The notes below the pieces were generated by a model. That model was not told the DNA's origin, made no database searches, and worked only from the letters and a program-made list of their open reading frames with translations. Below are positions 26,690-40,496 of a stretch of DNA of 64,000 nucleotides, piece after piece. The stretch lies in assembly GCA_051530055.1 (NCBI GenBank), contig CM121343.1:7628044-7692043 (forward strand), given 5' to 3'. This DNA comes from Neoechinorhynchus agilis. Lineage: Eukaryota; Animalia; Acanthocephala. The translations under genes and the position numbers were made by a program. Within the stretch, counting starts at the first letter, position 1. Every line of letters begins with the position of its first letter.

Positions 26690-28975
26690 GACGCAGACAC
26701 CTTGAACGCGCCACTTATCTATCACGCTGAACCTGAGAAGACCAACGCTGCCGGGCTCCCACGCGTCTCTACTGGTGTGTGTTCGGTTTGCGGTAAGTCT
26801 TTTAAATGAACCAATCTGGGGGTTTTGTTTTTCCATGGTCCCCGGGATCTCCGCTGTAGCGGGTCTGGTTCTCCACCACAATTAACCGAACCTTTCGTGC
26901 CTGAGACCCCTCAGATCACCACTGATTCTATTTCGATACCTGATATCGTGCGGTTTCTGCCCAGGAACGTCCTGAAACGGATCCCAAAGGGCGCACGATA
27001 TCAGGTCCCCAAAGCATTTACGGCATTGCTCAACGATTGCCTCCAAAAGAACTGTACGTCATCATGGGCACGGCTCTTTGCATTCCCGCGCTTAGTCCTT
27101 TGCACCAGTGATGATTCTGGGGTGTCTTTGACATCAACAATCAAGGAAAGGGTGGACTCCTTCGAACAGATATTTAACAATTTCGAAATGAAATTTCGCG
27201 AGGTTCGTAATGGACGCACGAAGGAAGGGTTTCGTTGCCGTTTTTCAAAGCGATCCCTGACTGAACGTGTCTCTTCGAAGCTTGCGGACGGAGATGCTCG
27301 GGGGGCTGTTCGGTTATTGTGATCCTCCGACTGTTTTGCACAAGGAGACAACGCGACACTACAAATACTCCGGTCAAAACACCCATGCAGTAGTGACAGT
27401 TTTGAAATTCCACCTCCTCTCATACAAGACAGGACACCCACTCAAATTTCAGAGTTAAAAAAGGCCATCTCGTCTTTTGCAAATGGTTCGGGTCATGAGC
27501 TTGACGGGCTAAGGCCTCAGCACCTAAAGAACATGATGTCCTTTACAACTGGTGAAGCATCTCTCTCTAGAAAGTGCGCTTTCTCGGGTAGTCGAACGCC
27601 TGACTGGAGAGGACCTGAATTCCGTTGCAAAAGGCCTATTTTTCGGAGCACCATTATGTGCCTACACAAAAGAGAAGGTGAGATTCGTCCCATAGCCGTA
27701 TCTTCGACGAGACGCCGACTTGCAGGAAAAATTCTCTGTAAACGTATTGCAGAGAAAACCGGGCAGCAACTTCGCCCAGTCCAACTGGGCTGCTGCACAT
27801 CCTGCGGGCGAAAGCTATTGTCCACTCACGCCGAAACTTTGCTACGAGAAGCTCAGAGCCCTGCGTGATTCTTAAGTGTGATTTTCAGCATGCCTTTAAC
27901 TCTCTCAATAGAGAAACCATGTTCTGCGCAATTAGGGATCACGCACCAGAAGCCCTCCAGTATTTTCTCAATGCCTACGGGACCGCGACTCCTTTGCTTT
28001 TCGAAGACCACCTCATTTGGTCCGAAAGAGGAGTTCAGCAAGGAGATACTATCGGTCCAATCGCATTCTTCCTAACAGTAAATCCAATAACGCACTCTCA
28101 CCGTTCCAGCTTCAATGCTTGGTACGTGGATGACGCTACGTTCGGATGTGATCCCTCCGTTGTACTGCGCGATTTGGAGACGCTGATTAGGGAGACCTCG
28201 AGAATGGACATTGAGCTCAATGCTTGAAAGTGTGAGCTCCTAGTATTAAATATCGAAAACGCCGCCAGAGTCAAGGAGCTAATGGATGGGTTCGAGGCCG
28301 AAGTTCCAGGTCTGAAACTCGTGAATCCAGAGCAACTCAGCCTCCTGGTTAGTTGCGTCTTTGATTCAAATGTGGAAACTGAGATCGGCCGTATCATACC
28401 GAAGCTTTCGTTCCTGTGCGATAAGGTTAGCGCTCTATCGGCTCACGAAGCGTTATTTCTGATAAAGGACGCACTCTTTATCCCGAAATTGTTATCAACA
28501 TTCTTCAAACATAAGGAAATACTGGTTAAGCTCGACGACAAGGTGGGGGCTTGTCTCGAGCGCATTTTAAATGTCCAGCTCTCAGATGAGGCGTGGTGAC
28601 AAGCTTCTTAGCCTGTGTCATCTGGGAGATTGGGAATTCAGGCACTAGTGGACCTTGCTTTGCCGGCCTTTCTTGGATCGTATGAGGGGAGTCAAACGAT
28701 AGCGAAGATAATTCTGAGGGAAATGTTTTGTCTTGAGCAAGACTTTGTGGTGGCAGCTGAAGAATGGTGCCAGCAGACAAGCGCTAACCATGTTCCCGTG
28801 AATGGTCTCAGACAGTCGCTTTGGGACAGACCTCTCGTCGCGAGAGCTCACAGCTCTCTACTTTCAGGTTCTCGCGATGGGGTCATCCGGGCTAGATCGT
28901 TGGCAGTTTCGACACGAGAATCGGGGGCGTGGTTGGAGGCTGTTCCTGTGGCATCTGTGGGAACTCTTCTCACGC
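26690..28975 (+). mobile_element. CRE-like non-LTR retrotransposon (N-terminal Zn finger plus RT), degraded, 3' truncated
   Basis: CSVCGKSF, EIRPIAVSSTRRRL, DFQHAFNSL, GVQQGDTIGP, AWYVDDATFG. Confidence 0.9.
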
Positions 28976-29484
28976 AAGCAAATTGGTAAGATTGAAAATT
29001 GTATATAAATATGTAAGGATCCCGTCAACTCCAAGCTTAGAAGCATTTAGCTTTCAGGGTAAAATGTTATAAGCCCTTGAAGGCATCCAGCGGCATATTA
29101 TCTTGTATGTGCATTTTTGATTCCTTTAGTGGGAATTAAATAATCACCGCGATAGTTTTTTATTAAATCCGCTTCCATTATTTTTAACTAGCGGATGTGA
29201 CTGAAGGTTCAAATTAAATTTATCACAAAGAGCCTTTTCGTTTAGAATATTACCGAACTAAAATAATTTTTGGGTGATACATCGATTACAATCGGATTAC
29301 GATCTGTGCATACTCAATTTATTCCAAATATTATTAAATTACTAGTTAGTAATTGGAAGTTGTTAGGCAAATAGTGTCGTTACAGACGCTAACAAAACTA
29401 TTTTCCAATTTATTTTGAACCTTCTGTTGCACCGGTGTTTACAGTCCTTTAGAGATTTTAATAGAATTCGTAAGTTCACATGTC

Positions 29485-30526
29485 CTAGATGGGCTCCTTT
29501 AGGAATGGTAATATATTTTCTAAAAACCATTCGTCGCTAAATTTCAGGTGATGCTTTCCCGGGATCATGATTTCAATAAGCTTATCATTCGCTTTCATCA
29601 TGTCTAGGCCTAATTTGTAATAGACGGGAAAGCACTCGGCTGGCTGTCTCACTAATGTCCTGTTCCGAAATTCAGCATAAAAACCAAACTGTTGTGAATT
29701 TAAAGGAATTACCATATCATCGTTTCCAAAAGCAACTAGAACTAATCGCTTGATTTTGTTTAATCGCACCGCGTACGTCTTTGCTTCTTGTTTAATGGTC
29801 AATGATTGCTCTGAAGCACCGTATAATAAATTATTGTAAAGTAGACCAATAAGCAATCATCGATCTAGTGCACCTGTCGCAATTTACTTCAGCTAAAAAT
29901 TTATTGTTTTGGTGGTACCAAGTGTCCTGTGGATTGTGCCAGTACTGAGCTTGGACCAAATACTTCCTGATAAGGGGTAACCGTGTCAAGTAATCGAATA
30001 TGTTATGAAGTGCCATACATAGCCATCCTGGATTATCAGTTGTACATTTCGGAACTCCGAAAATGCCCTGTTGTGGACCGCCGATTGATATGAGGTTAGC
30101 GATTGATATTGATGGGCACCTTTGAGCAAGCGTTCTTAGGAAGAGTCCACCTTGTGACAAACCAACAGCGTGGAATCCTTTACTTAACTTTGGATTAGCT
30201 GATAGAATCCTACATGTGCTATTAATGAATGCATTCATGTCGGCAATGTAGGACGAAAATATATCATTAATAGTTTTCAAATTCGATCCAACCGAGTATA
30301 TATAGACAGGTTCTTGTGCTGCATGAAAATTTTTCGTTATTAGCTCCACCAGACGACCAGCTCCATGGAAACTTGAGCAACACTCGTCTCCCATTCCGTG
30401 CCAAACAACTATTGCATTAGGTAACCGGTAGGAAGATATGGCAGTATCCACCTTGCCCTTGACAAAGACACAATTTAGATCATATTTAACACTTGAGACG
30501 AGAAAGAGCAAAGTTGTGAGAATCAT
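29485..30526 (-). CDS. PPT1: Palmitoyl-protein thioesterase 1, 2 exons (non-canonical interruption)
   Basis: Signal peptide, WHGMGDECC, GLSQGGLFLR, ISIGGPQQG, AQYWHNP, NDDMVIP, FGFY. Confidence 0.9.
29797..29873 (-). other. Non-canonical hairpin intron candidate (PPT1, about 70-85 nt)
   Basis: GATCGATGATTGCT/AGCAATCATTGACC stem; AG acceptors are out of frame with the AG|GT donor. Confidence 0.6.
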
Positions 30527-30789
30527 AAGTCTGAAATGGAATGCTCCCTCTTCTTCATGTTGTTACTCACATTGGTGCATGAGTCGACTAGTGTGCTGTC
30601 TCTATGAATCCTAAGGGAAACAAATTTCAAATAAGCTTCGTGCTAATTAACATAGTACAATATTTAACGAGCTTTAACTAGCGAAAAACAGCGGAATTTT
30701 AGCTAGATTTATGACAATATTATGATGTCGGAAATTCTTTTTTCTATTTTATTTTAATAACAACGCTGCTCACAGCAGAACGTTATGTT

Positions 30790-32906
30790 TTATGCCGTGA
30801 AAAAGACGGTCATGCTTTGGGGCGTATCTTTGTAATAACGAAATTTATACTCCGGATACTCGCCATTTCTTCGTTGTATAGTCACTTCTGCGATGCAAAT
30901 AAAAAGCATGCAACAAAAGTACCCGGTACTACATTAAAAAAAAAGAATAGCACATAGCTAATCAATGTGTTTCGATTAGTACGATATCGACTTTGATATG
31001 GTTGCACAAATGTTAATTTCAAAATTCGATCTATAGTGGGATCCAAATCCTCTGCCACCAAGTTCTCGACTATTCCTGGCTTTGCGGTCTTACGATTTCG
31101 TTTGCAAACCATCGAATTAGTCATTTACTCGGAACTAGAGAAAATCTACTCATGTTCATCATAAGAAGATTGTCTCTCATGTAAAGTGAATACACAGAGG
31201 AGATGTTTTTGGTTTGATGAGATTCGAAATCGACACTATTTAATGGTGTAACATAACTTCGTACAACTCGAAGTAAACCTCATAAGTCAAAGACGTGATT
31301 TAAGAACTAAAGATTTTGCACACAACACAAATGAGGAAAGACAAAGTCCCGGGGATATGCGGGTGTAATGTGGATGGGTGCCGCCTTCGACATTCTCGTT
31401 GAATATGAACGTGAAGACTAGTATGCGTTGAAAAATGATTCAGTTGCTTTTCCTTAATAGAATGATGCATCAAACTTTATCTACCGACGTGATCAAATGA
31501 GAATAAGAAATCCCCGGAAAATCTTTAAAATGCCTCTATGTTTGTTATCAAGTATCACAGCCCAATAAATCTTTCTATAAGCAATGAAAATAAAAGTTGT
31601 AAATCAACGGACATCTTTTGAGTTTACTTAAGATCCTGAATCGTTTATACAATAAAATCGTGAAGATAATATTAGAAAGTTAATGAACATAAAATTTGCT
31701 CAAAATTCAATTGTATTTTTGCCTTATCGTCCTGGTTAGTGAGCGAGTGGATTCGTGAACATTAGACGGGTTATTAAACAGAAAAAAGGAGAAAGTTAAG
31801 GAAGAGGAATAGTGGCAAAGGAACTATACGGTTTAATCTCATTAAATATTGGGTTTTGTGGCAAGAGGCAGCTAATGACTTTCTAAAGAAAGGTACAAAC
31901 AAAGGTATCGATTAGTTAGAATTCAGTGCTGAAAATTTGGACTTGTGCGGCTTGGTGATTTCTCAAAGAAGTATACTGAATGAATTGATAAGAAAAGTGG
32001 TAAGTTGCAGGTAATAACGAGAAGGTAATGGAGACGTGGAAAGACGCAGTATCATACACTCGTCGATTAAGGGACAGTAATGAATACAAGTTTTTGAGTA
32101 TAATGTAAAAAACCTCTTTTCAAGAGAAAAACACTTTTGCCAAGGATCAAATTATTGAATCCGCAATCTGACGATTTGCAATCTAAGCGCCATATCCTAA
32201 ATACGATATATTTACGGCAGTTCATTCTTCAGTTTACTAGAAAGCAAATAGTGCAGTCGAAGGTACGCATTGCCCGATTCTGATTGTCGATATCCGACAC
32301 ATCGATGGGTCGTCTTAGACATCGAAAGAGCCATTGATTTAGACATATTGTATAATCTACAATGAGTAACAGTAAATAATAAACTTTAGAAGACAGATCG
32401 CCACTGATGAGAAATCTATCACATGCTTGTTTTATTTGCAAAACAATCCATGACACGTATTGATCGATATGAGTGTTCATTTAAGTGTCGGCACCGATGT
32501 GAAGTTTCCCTGTTTTTATTCTTGGTCGAAGATATGTGCTCCGATTGATCCCTCACTACAAGCATTGGTGTTTTAGGTTCCTCGAATGAGTCCTTATGGC
32601 AAGGCATCTTTTTCAACATTATCTCGACTGTTTTTCTATTGCTTTTTATTAAACACAATTAGATCTCATTTAAGAACATTCCACAGTTTAGAGAAATAAT
32701 TCATGTAAAAGATAAAAGAACTGTGGTTTCCAACCAATCACTAATTGCCCTTCAACTGCAACTATTTCATTTCCGTCTTTGATCGACGACGACAACGTCG
32801 ATTCATGGAATTCAGCATACTCATGACAGTGTCGATAGATACCATTCATGGGGCAAACCATGTGGGTTCCGCTACCTGTCGTGAATATTTGCCTTTGATC
32901 CTGCAT
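30790..32906 (-). CDS. Unassigned multi-exon gene (model incomplete)
   Basis: Open exons bounded by GT-AG sites; terminal exon VTIQRRNGEYPEYKFRYYKDTPQSMTVFFTA*. Confidence 0.35.
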
Positions 32907-33428
32907 TATCTGCGCGTGACAAGTTTAATCGACAAGATTTATTGATTAATCGTTTAAGGTACACCGGCGGCCATCAACAATACATTCACAAATAACTCAA
33001 AATTTCTATCTTAATAGGTTGTCTAAGCAAGGCCGATTTCTAAACTTGGATAAAATTCTACGGGTTTACAAAACGATCAAAGTATATGATATTTAAAACT
33101 TCATAAGAGCCATGCAATGCTTAAAGATTAATTCAATGAGTTTTTTCGATAAACTTCCCGTTTCACTTTCGGTTTAATAGATAATTTGTTATGCTTTTTT
33201 TCGTTTACACCCAACAACAAAACGTTTGAACAAACACCACCGTTCACGAAGGAGAGGCATCGCTCTCCCCTCAGTGGTCGCGACCACACTCGCTGCGTTT
33301 CCTCTTAGTCATTAAGATCGTCATTAGCAGGTTTAAAATCCACAACAAGGACTTCCATGAAAAACAAATTTGAATTATAGACTGCAAGACTACATTTTAG
33401 TAAATAAATGGTTCACACATCTACTATT

Positions 33429-34365
33429 TTAACATGAGTTTCCAAGTACCAATGTAATAGATGAAATCCATTGCCGGACCTACACGTGCTCAACGCAAGA
33501 TTGTTTAGACGACGAAGGGTAGAATCAATAAATCTTTATGAATGTTTTGAGCGTGGTATGCCGGAGCTCGTTTTAAGTCCTTATTTGAAAACTCACCTCA
33601 CAAAGTGGCACATGAACAATTACAAAGAAACATTCTGTCATCAGTAAAGAATCCGTACTATGAGTGATTGATTTCCAGCACAATGCACTGACGTCGCTTA
33701 ACTGAACAAAATGGCATAATCGATGGTTACACATGAACAGTGTACCTGCTTATGAACAATGCCTTTAAAGCTATTCTCGTTTATCTTCATGCGATCGACT
33801 GCTTCGTCGAGATCGTCCAAGAACCGAGCAATAGTTTCCAGCTCATTCAGTGCATCATATCTGCGAATGGATTGAGCCGAGGCTAATTATAAAAATCCAT
33901 TGAAACCCCGCTTACCTTCCAATATAGCTGTCAACATCCAATAAGCTAACTCTAAGGTCAGTTAGAGATTGCTTAAATTGAGGCAATTCAAATAATGGCA
34001 TTGACTGACTTGAATGGTACTCGCAAGACATACAATCCGGTTTGAATGTCAGCAAAGATGCAAGTCGATCGGCATTGCGCTTGATCGTTAATATCAATTT
34101 CTGAAGGTTCATTTTAACGACGTTTTGCAGCTATGAATGTCAATTCATCAATTAGATTCACATCGGTGAAAGATTTCAAGAACAAAAAACGAACCGTTTC
34201 AGTCACTAGTGAAACAGCACAACAAAGTACTCTCAAATCGTCGACTGCAAGCCGTTCATTCTCACAGTTTGCATCAACAGCTTCAGTCAAAAGCGTCAAA
34301 TCGAATCCATCGATTCCCTTTATCTTTTCTAAAGATTCGTCTGTAAGACCAACACCTACTAGGTT
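33429..34365 (-). CDS. Unassigned multi-exon gene, 5' end not resolved
   Basis: Five exons joined in frame by GT-AG introns (DDLR/LQNVVK...YIGR/YDALNE...HKQ/LSDV...LCE/VRQW). Confidence 0.45.
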
Positions 34366-34759
34366 TTAGAGGACATTAAATCGATCATAACGGAAATATA
34401 AGAGGAACCTTGCAAGAACTTATAGGCCGTCAAAGCATCCCAGTGGGTGATATTGATTAAATTCCGCAAATCGTAAGTTTCCAACAATGTAGTCATTCGA
34501 AAATATGTGTGCGCGACAAGAATACTTGGTGTAGCATGACAACTTGTGGGAGTTTACGCCGTCTAGAGTATTGCATCATTAGCATATTGGTTCCGGAAAC
34601 GGTTGCATAATGATATTTAGAAAAAGAACCGATCAATCCGTACCTCAATGTAAAAAATAGTGGTTTTTATAATCGCGGATTGGAGTTATAAGTTCATATT
34701 AACCTAAAAATTGACGCTAATAATTTGTGTTTTATCACGAATAACTGCGTATTTATGAG

Positions 34760-35830
34760 GAGGACCCAATGGTACATGGGTCCATTTTTTGAACACAAAG
34801 ATTAATAAAACAGGGTCGTAAATTTTGAATTGTGGTGAATATCTTTTCACTACAGAGAACACTGGTCTTGTCGAACCCAGTTAAGTGTGTGGTTCTGTGC
34901 CCATGATTTAAAATCGCTGAAGTCTTATCGTGATTCGTACTTGTGTTCAAGCAGACGGGTTTCTTTGAACAGCTCATTGTTTCACCTACGTAGGCCATTT
35001 CGCAGTCGTTGCAGGGGATGCAGTAGACTACATCGGAACTATTTTTTAGTTCATATTTTCTTTTAAAGATGCCCACGATAGTCGGGGTTCTCTTGTAGGC
35101 AAACGGGGAATTTGGAATTTCCGAGGGTCCTGCGTAAAAGATTAGAGCAAAAATCATCAATAAATCCAGATCAAATGAATGCCACGTCGCTTAGTTTTCA
35201 ACGATTGGGTCGGAAATATCGCTCCTTCTTACAAACCTGCCGTATCGTCCAATCCGGGTAGTCTCTTCTTTTTAACATAATCTTAATATTCTCGATCTCA
35301 CGGTTCCTCTCATGATCAATATTGCAAACCCTGATAGCTCCCCTGAATAACGACTGTGCAGTGCTTATTTTGAAAGCTTAAAGCGAGTTGGTTTTTCATG
35401 GTGCGCTTTGCCAATAGATTCCAAGTTTCCGGTATATGGAAGCTTGACAATCTGTTCTCTTCACACAAACATCGAGGAAAGTTATCGTGTTATTTTTGTT
35501 TTCGTAGGAGGTTGACCATTGAATTGTCTTATCTTTATTGTTGAATAGATGCGTGAGTGGAAGTAGTTTTGGATCAGATTTGAACACGCAGAAAATATCT
35601 TCGGCGTATCGCCACCATTTAATCAGGTCAGGAATTCTACTATACACGTCATTTTCCCAATTAGACATGTAGAGATCGGCTAATGCGGGTCCTAAGGGAG
35701 ACCCCATAGCCACCCCGTCAATTCGATCATAAATTAACAATAAAATGATTTTTAACCGGGTGTTTATGTTCACCACAAGTCAAAATTTACCATCCCGATG
35801 GATTTTCTCGATATTCTGAGAATTGCACGA
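34760..35830 (-). mobile_element. Penelope-like element (RT plus GIY-YIG), degraded
   Basis: DGVAMGSPLGPALADLYM, WWRYAEDIF, TFLDV, VVYCIPCNDCEMAYVGET. Confidence 0.92.
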
Positions 35831-35899
35831 TGTGATGAATTTAATCCACTCTTTATTCATGAGACTAGGAAAAGTGCACCTATCCGTTAGAAAGTTCTC

Positions 35900-37564
35900 A
35901 CTTCGGCGAAGAAACTTATTACAATCACTAACCGTGACCCGCCCTGGCTCAGCCCTATTCTGAAGCTACTCCAACAACAAACCATTTCCGATTTCCCACA
36001 CCTACAATCCACGCTTTCTATAAAAATAATGAATGCCCGCAAAGAATATCTCTCGTCCAGAATTCGCTCCACGGGAAACGCACATTGGTGGCATACAGTC
36101 AAAAGTTCCCTTGGGCTACGGAACCCTGAACCTTTCGCATATCTGTCAACCTCTGAATTAAAGGCGACCCTCGATTCCATCAACGCAAAACTATGCTCAC
36201 CAAACGACGGTGACATCCAACTTAAAACTACACAAAAAATGGGCTCTTCGGAGTTACCCCACTGGTTTCCTCCCTCGAAGTGTTTCAGCATCTCAAGAAA
36301 CTGCCGCGCAACGGATCCCCACATTCGGACATTCCTAACTGAGCTGTTCGCTTTATCATGCCGGAAATCATTGACCCATTGACTACAGTTTCGCATCTAG
36401 AATCTATCCATTATGTTTAAAAAATGGCCAGGGTAACCTTATTACCAAAAAATGGACTTCCAGTATCCTCGTCATCTTTTCGCCCCATCTCTATCCTTCC
36501 CGTGATCTCCAAAGTCTTTGAAAAATGCTTTAAAGCGCGCCTTCTCCCCAAGCTCCATTGGATTTCGCTCTAAATATTCAGCCACGGATGCTCTACTCTG
36601 CATTTATGACGCGCTCATCCAAAATGTTGATTCCAAGCCGTCCCTCGTCTCACGCCTTATCCAATTTGATCTATCGAAAGCGTTCGACTCTGTGGAAGAT
36701 CACAAACTTATCAAAGCCTGTTCCGATTTCGGACTGGATGCTTGGCAAATTCGATGGCGCTTTTCATATTCGACAAATCGATCACAATACATAAAATGCA
36801 ACGGCGCCACCTCAAAGACCATGCTACTATCAAAAGGTGTCCCCCAAGGAGCCATCCTCTCCCCACTCCTCTTCAACATCTTTCTTAACAGACTCAAACC
36901 CCTCTGGAGCGAACCGGCAAACAGGTCACTGTCTGTTACCCTAGCTGAAATCTCAAACATTACAGATTTCTGCAACGGCATGAAATTATCGATCAATTTC
37001 TCGAAATCGTCTGAGATGATCCTGGATCTTAAAGGAAACTCGTCATTCCACACACAATCATATCTACCAAATGCAATAAAACGCGTCGCTAACCTTCGAA
37101 TTTTGGGCCTCCAGTTCCAACAAGACCTAAAATGGCATTCCCACGTCTCTTTAGCCCTCAGAAATCATAATTTCAAGACCTACTTCTTAAAACGCCTTCG
37201 TCGTTTTGGGGTGATCCCGGCAGATCTAGCGAAATTTTATCTAGCTTACATTCTCCCATCCATAACGTACGGCTACCCCACGTTCTGCAATCTCTCCAAA
37301 TCACAGCTACGCAAGCTAGAAGTTTTCCATAAGAGAGCTGCCAAAATTTGCTCCGGTGATTTTCTGTTCATGAAAGACACTCTCCTAGCAATTTTCACAA
37401 AGCAGAGCAAACGCCTGATGCCCCATCCGCCGCAATTCGCTCCCCATATTACCCGCCATCATAGAACGCGCAAGCCATCCTCCTTCAAACCGCACAAATC
37501 GCGAACCAAAACCCACCTTCATTTTTTCCTTCCTGCTGCTCAGTCATTTTTAAATAGTAACTGA
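35900..37564 (+). mobile_element. CR1/L2-like LINE reverse transcriptase with an internal deletion
   Basis: FRPISILPVISKVFE, FDLSKAFDSV, GVPQGAILSPLLFNIFL; the YADD segment is missing; LRILGLQF. Confidence 0.9.
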
Positions 37565-38706
37565 ATCGGAGGCAAGAGCACAACCAACGATACTTCGACA
37601 ACCAAAGATGCATGGGGCGGAACTAGCCGTCGCATTGTCTGCCAAAACGCCATTCCTTCCTCTTTCAACCGTCCGGGATATAAGCGGTACCGCGGGGATA
37701 GATATTTCTACCTGGTCTTTGAACACAAACCTATGCTGTGGCACTCTCAGTCGTGCTTTGAACATGGTGTGGCCCCCTAAAACCTTGACGAAAAGACCGT
37801 TCAGTTTTCCATATCTAAACCACGTTGCTTCCAGTGCAAACTGAATCTTGTCAACGATTTTTGTCCATGGACTTCCTCGGCGCATACATACACATCAAGG
37901 ACGATGCTGGAAAAGTTTCAGACATGACGTCCAGTTCTCGTCCGGACAATCCGGACATCTATTCCCGAAACAAAGATCCATTTGCTCTCTCTCGAGGGTG
38001 CATGAGGACCCAAAGGTACATGGGTCCTCTTCATTGTAACTTTCTTCTTCTAATAAAACATGTTATTATTAAGGTTCGATGCCATTTTTATGGATGATAG
38101 AAGAGGGATATTGGCAAATAACTAATTGGCATCCACTGTTAGGAATCTGTGTTCAGATTGATTATAACTTCTGATTTCATTGGCGAATGAGAGTCTATCT
38201 TTTATGCAGGAGAGATTCCAATTACTACATTTTCAGATACCTCCCTTGTTTCACTAAGTTTAAGAAATTGCTGAAAATCGCTCGTTCTAGAGCTAAGCGT
38301 GCATTTAAGATCGTCGCTAACCTGATAACCAATAAAGTTGTGTGGAATTCTTGGGCAATATCCGGATCCAACCTCCCTTACGAGTTGGCCAAGCTCACTA
38401 CATGGATCGATAAAGCATAGATGTGTGATATGCATGATATCGTTTTCTGGATCCATTGATATCGTTTATTGATTCCTAATCAGGCACATTTCTTTTCTTC
38501 GAATAAATCTATTGTGATTGTTGTTGTTGCTGGTCAAATAGGCCTCGCCGCTTAAGCGCACAGTCAATATTTTGAAGACCGCATGGAAGTCATCGAGTTT
38601 TATCACTGTTTTAATCCTCCAAATCAATCGATTTCAACAATGGTGAATCCATTTCACACCTCGATGAATAGTTATTTTTGTCTATTATTTAAGCCGAGTA
38701 CGTTCT

Positions 38707-38816
38707 ACAAAATATAAGCCTTGCTTTGCAATATCAAGGAACGCTGCATCGTCCTTTCGACCGTTACACCAGGACGGCAGCTGAATGTGATTCAGAGGGG
38801 CGGTAGTGTGAATGTT
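38707..38816. repeat. Dispersed approx. 110-bp structured repeat, copy 1
   Basis: Near-identical to 56978-57088; hairpins CCTTG/CAAGG and GCTGC-CGTCCT/AGGACG-GCAGC. Confidence 0.9.
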
Positions 38817-39329
38817 GGTAAGATTTGATCGTAATAAGAGATCGAAGTGGTTCGTAGAAGAAAAAATAAATCGCAGGGGATCTTAGTCTGATGCTCAATT
38901 TTTTAAATACTAAGATTGTATCATTGATATTATTTCATGCTACTATTAAAAAAATCGCTTTTATTAAAAATCGACGGAAATGGATTTGAATTATTGTTTT
39001 AAGTCTTCAGTGGGCAAATAATTTTTTATTAAATACAAGTGTTGAAATGGTTATTCTGCTCTCACACGCGCTTGTGGTTGACTGCACCATTTTTGGGTGA
39101 AGACCTAAACAATAATTCTAATCATAGAGCCTGGTACCTCCCCACATATCGGAATTTTTAAAATGGATTTATTTCGCAAAAACAACAGTTCAAAGTCCGA
39201 ATGATCAAATTTCTGTTCAAAGAGTCATCGTGTCAATATTCTGCTAAGTTATATTGGAATCTACAATAAACAACGAGGTATTCAGCAACGGTCTCTGTTC
39301 TTAAGTCTTTTATGATAGTAGCTCGCCAT

Positions 39330-39965
39330 TGTACAAACCTTAATAATAATAATACGTTTTATTTGTTAATGCAGAGGACCCCTGTCCCGGTTTGGGTCCT
39401 CATAAACAATCGAATTCTGTCATTGGAAAATGAAATTGGCTATTGGGTTTTGGAGTGGATCACGAGTCCGCCGGGCGGATGGCAATATTCGTTCGGGTTG
39501 GAAGGTCCGTTCTGGGGGGGGGATTATTGTTTATTGTTTGTTGGAGCGCTTGTGAGGTTGGTCTTTCCTCGGAATCATTTCAGGTTCTGATATTCGAGAA
39601 GATTAGGCAGCGTGAAAAAAGGAGCGTAGATAAATGGAGGTGCGAGGTCGAAGGAGGGTGAAACGAATTAGGATTACGAGTGTTGTGCTTGCGTGAAAAG
39701 AATAAATTGTGGTCGTAGGGTTGAGAGGCGTTTTGATTGTTTTATGAAAATAGTATCAAGGCATTCGGCGAGAGGAGGAAATCAGCTGTGCAAATTTTAA
39801 ATGCTCTTTTGTGAAGAATTTCAAGACGACGGATTTGAGATTTGGATAGGTTGCAAAAGACGGTATAACCGCAGGTGCAGGAGGGTAAAATAAAGCTGTA
39901 GTAAAATTTGGATAGATCGGGTGAAAGAACCCCTAAATTGCGGAGGCGTTTGAGGAGATAAATTC
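39330..39965 (-). mobile_element. CR1/L2-like LINE 3' end (5' truncated) with stem-loop and (TAT)n tail
   Basis: Reverse-complement match to 50700-51190 and to the RT C-terminus at 37170-37400. Confidence 0.85.
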
Positions 39966-39969
39966 ACTG

Positions 39970-40110
39970 CTCATAATCCACTCCAAAAACCAATAGCCAG
40001 TTTCATTTAAAAAAATCAGAACTCGATTGTTTATGAGGACCCAAACGGGGACATGGGTCTTGTTCTTCTTTGTGCAGTAATAAAACGTGTTGTTGTTATT
40101 ATTAACAATC
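39970..40110 (+). mobile_element. Second LINE 3' end, opposite orientation, joined at the 5' side to the previous one
   Basis: CCACTCCAAAAACCAATAGCC...TTTATGAGGACCCAAACGGGACATGGGTC...AATAAAAC, the same 3' UTR as the minus copy. Confidence 0.8.
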
Positions 40111-40200
40111 AAGGTTTCAAAAATTGAATAATTTATCTTACCAAAAATTTGAACGACTACCTCCGATTATTAAAAGCAATCACGAAAAAAATCGTTACTC

Positions 40201-40496
40201 ATACCGAGAAAATCCATCGGGATGTTAAATTTTGACTTGTTGTGAACATAATCACCCGGTTAAAAATCATTTTATTCTTCTGAAATATTTCGATTGATAA
40301 GGCGAGGTTTCCTCGTTCGAAATATTTCCTAATAATAAAGTCAAAAAGTCTTTACGGTGGATGGTGAGCACATTGGGTAAATATCCAGGTTATGCTCATA
40401 TTTAGTGACAAAACCTCGGAATATTATTTTATTCCTTGGATTGTAGACACTATTGAAAGCAGAGTTGAGGGAGATTTTTTGTACTAATTCCTGCTC
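40201..40496 (+). repeat. 296-bp dispersed repeat related to the Penelope element at 35740-35815, copy 1
   Basis: Near-identical to 60194-60489; first approx. 75 bp match the reverse complement of 35740-35815. Confidence 0.85.

Noticed and set aside
9887-28989. Numerous short antisense or alternate-frame ORFs within RTE, CRE, NAPA and other elements
   Set aside because: Shadow ORFs of real or decayed coding sequence
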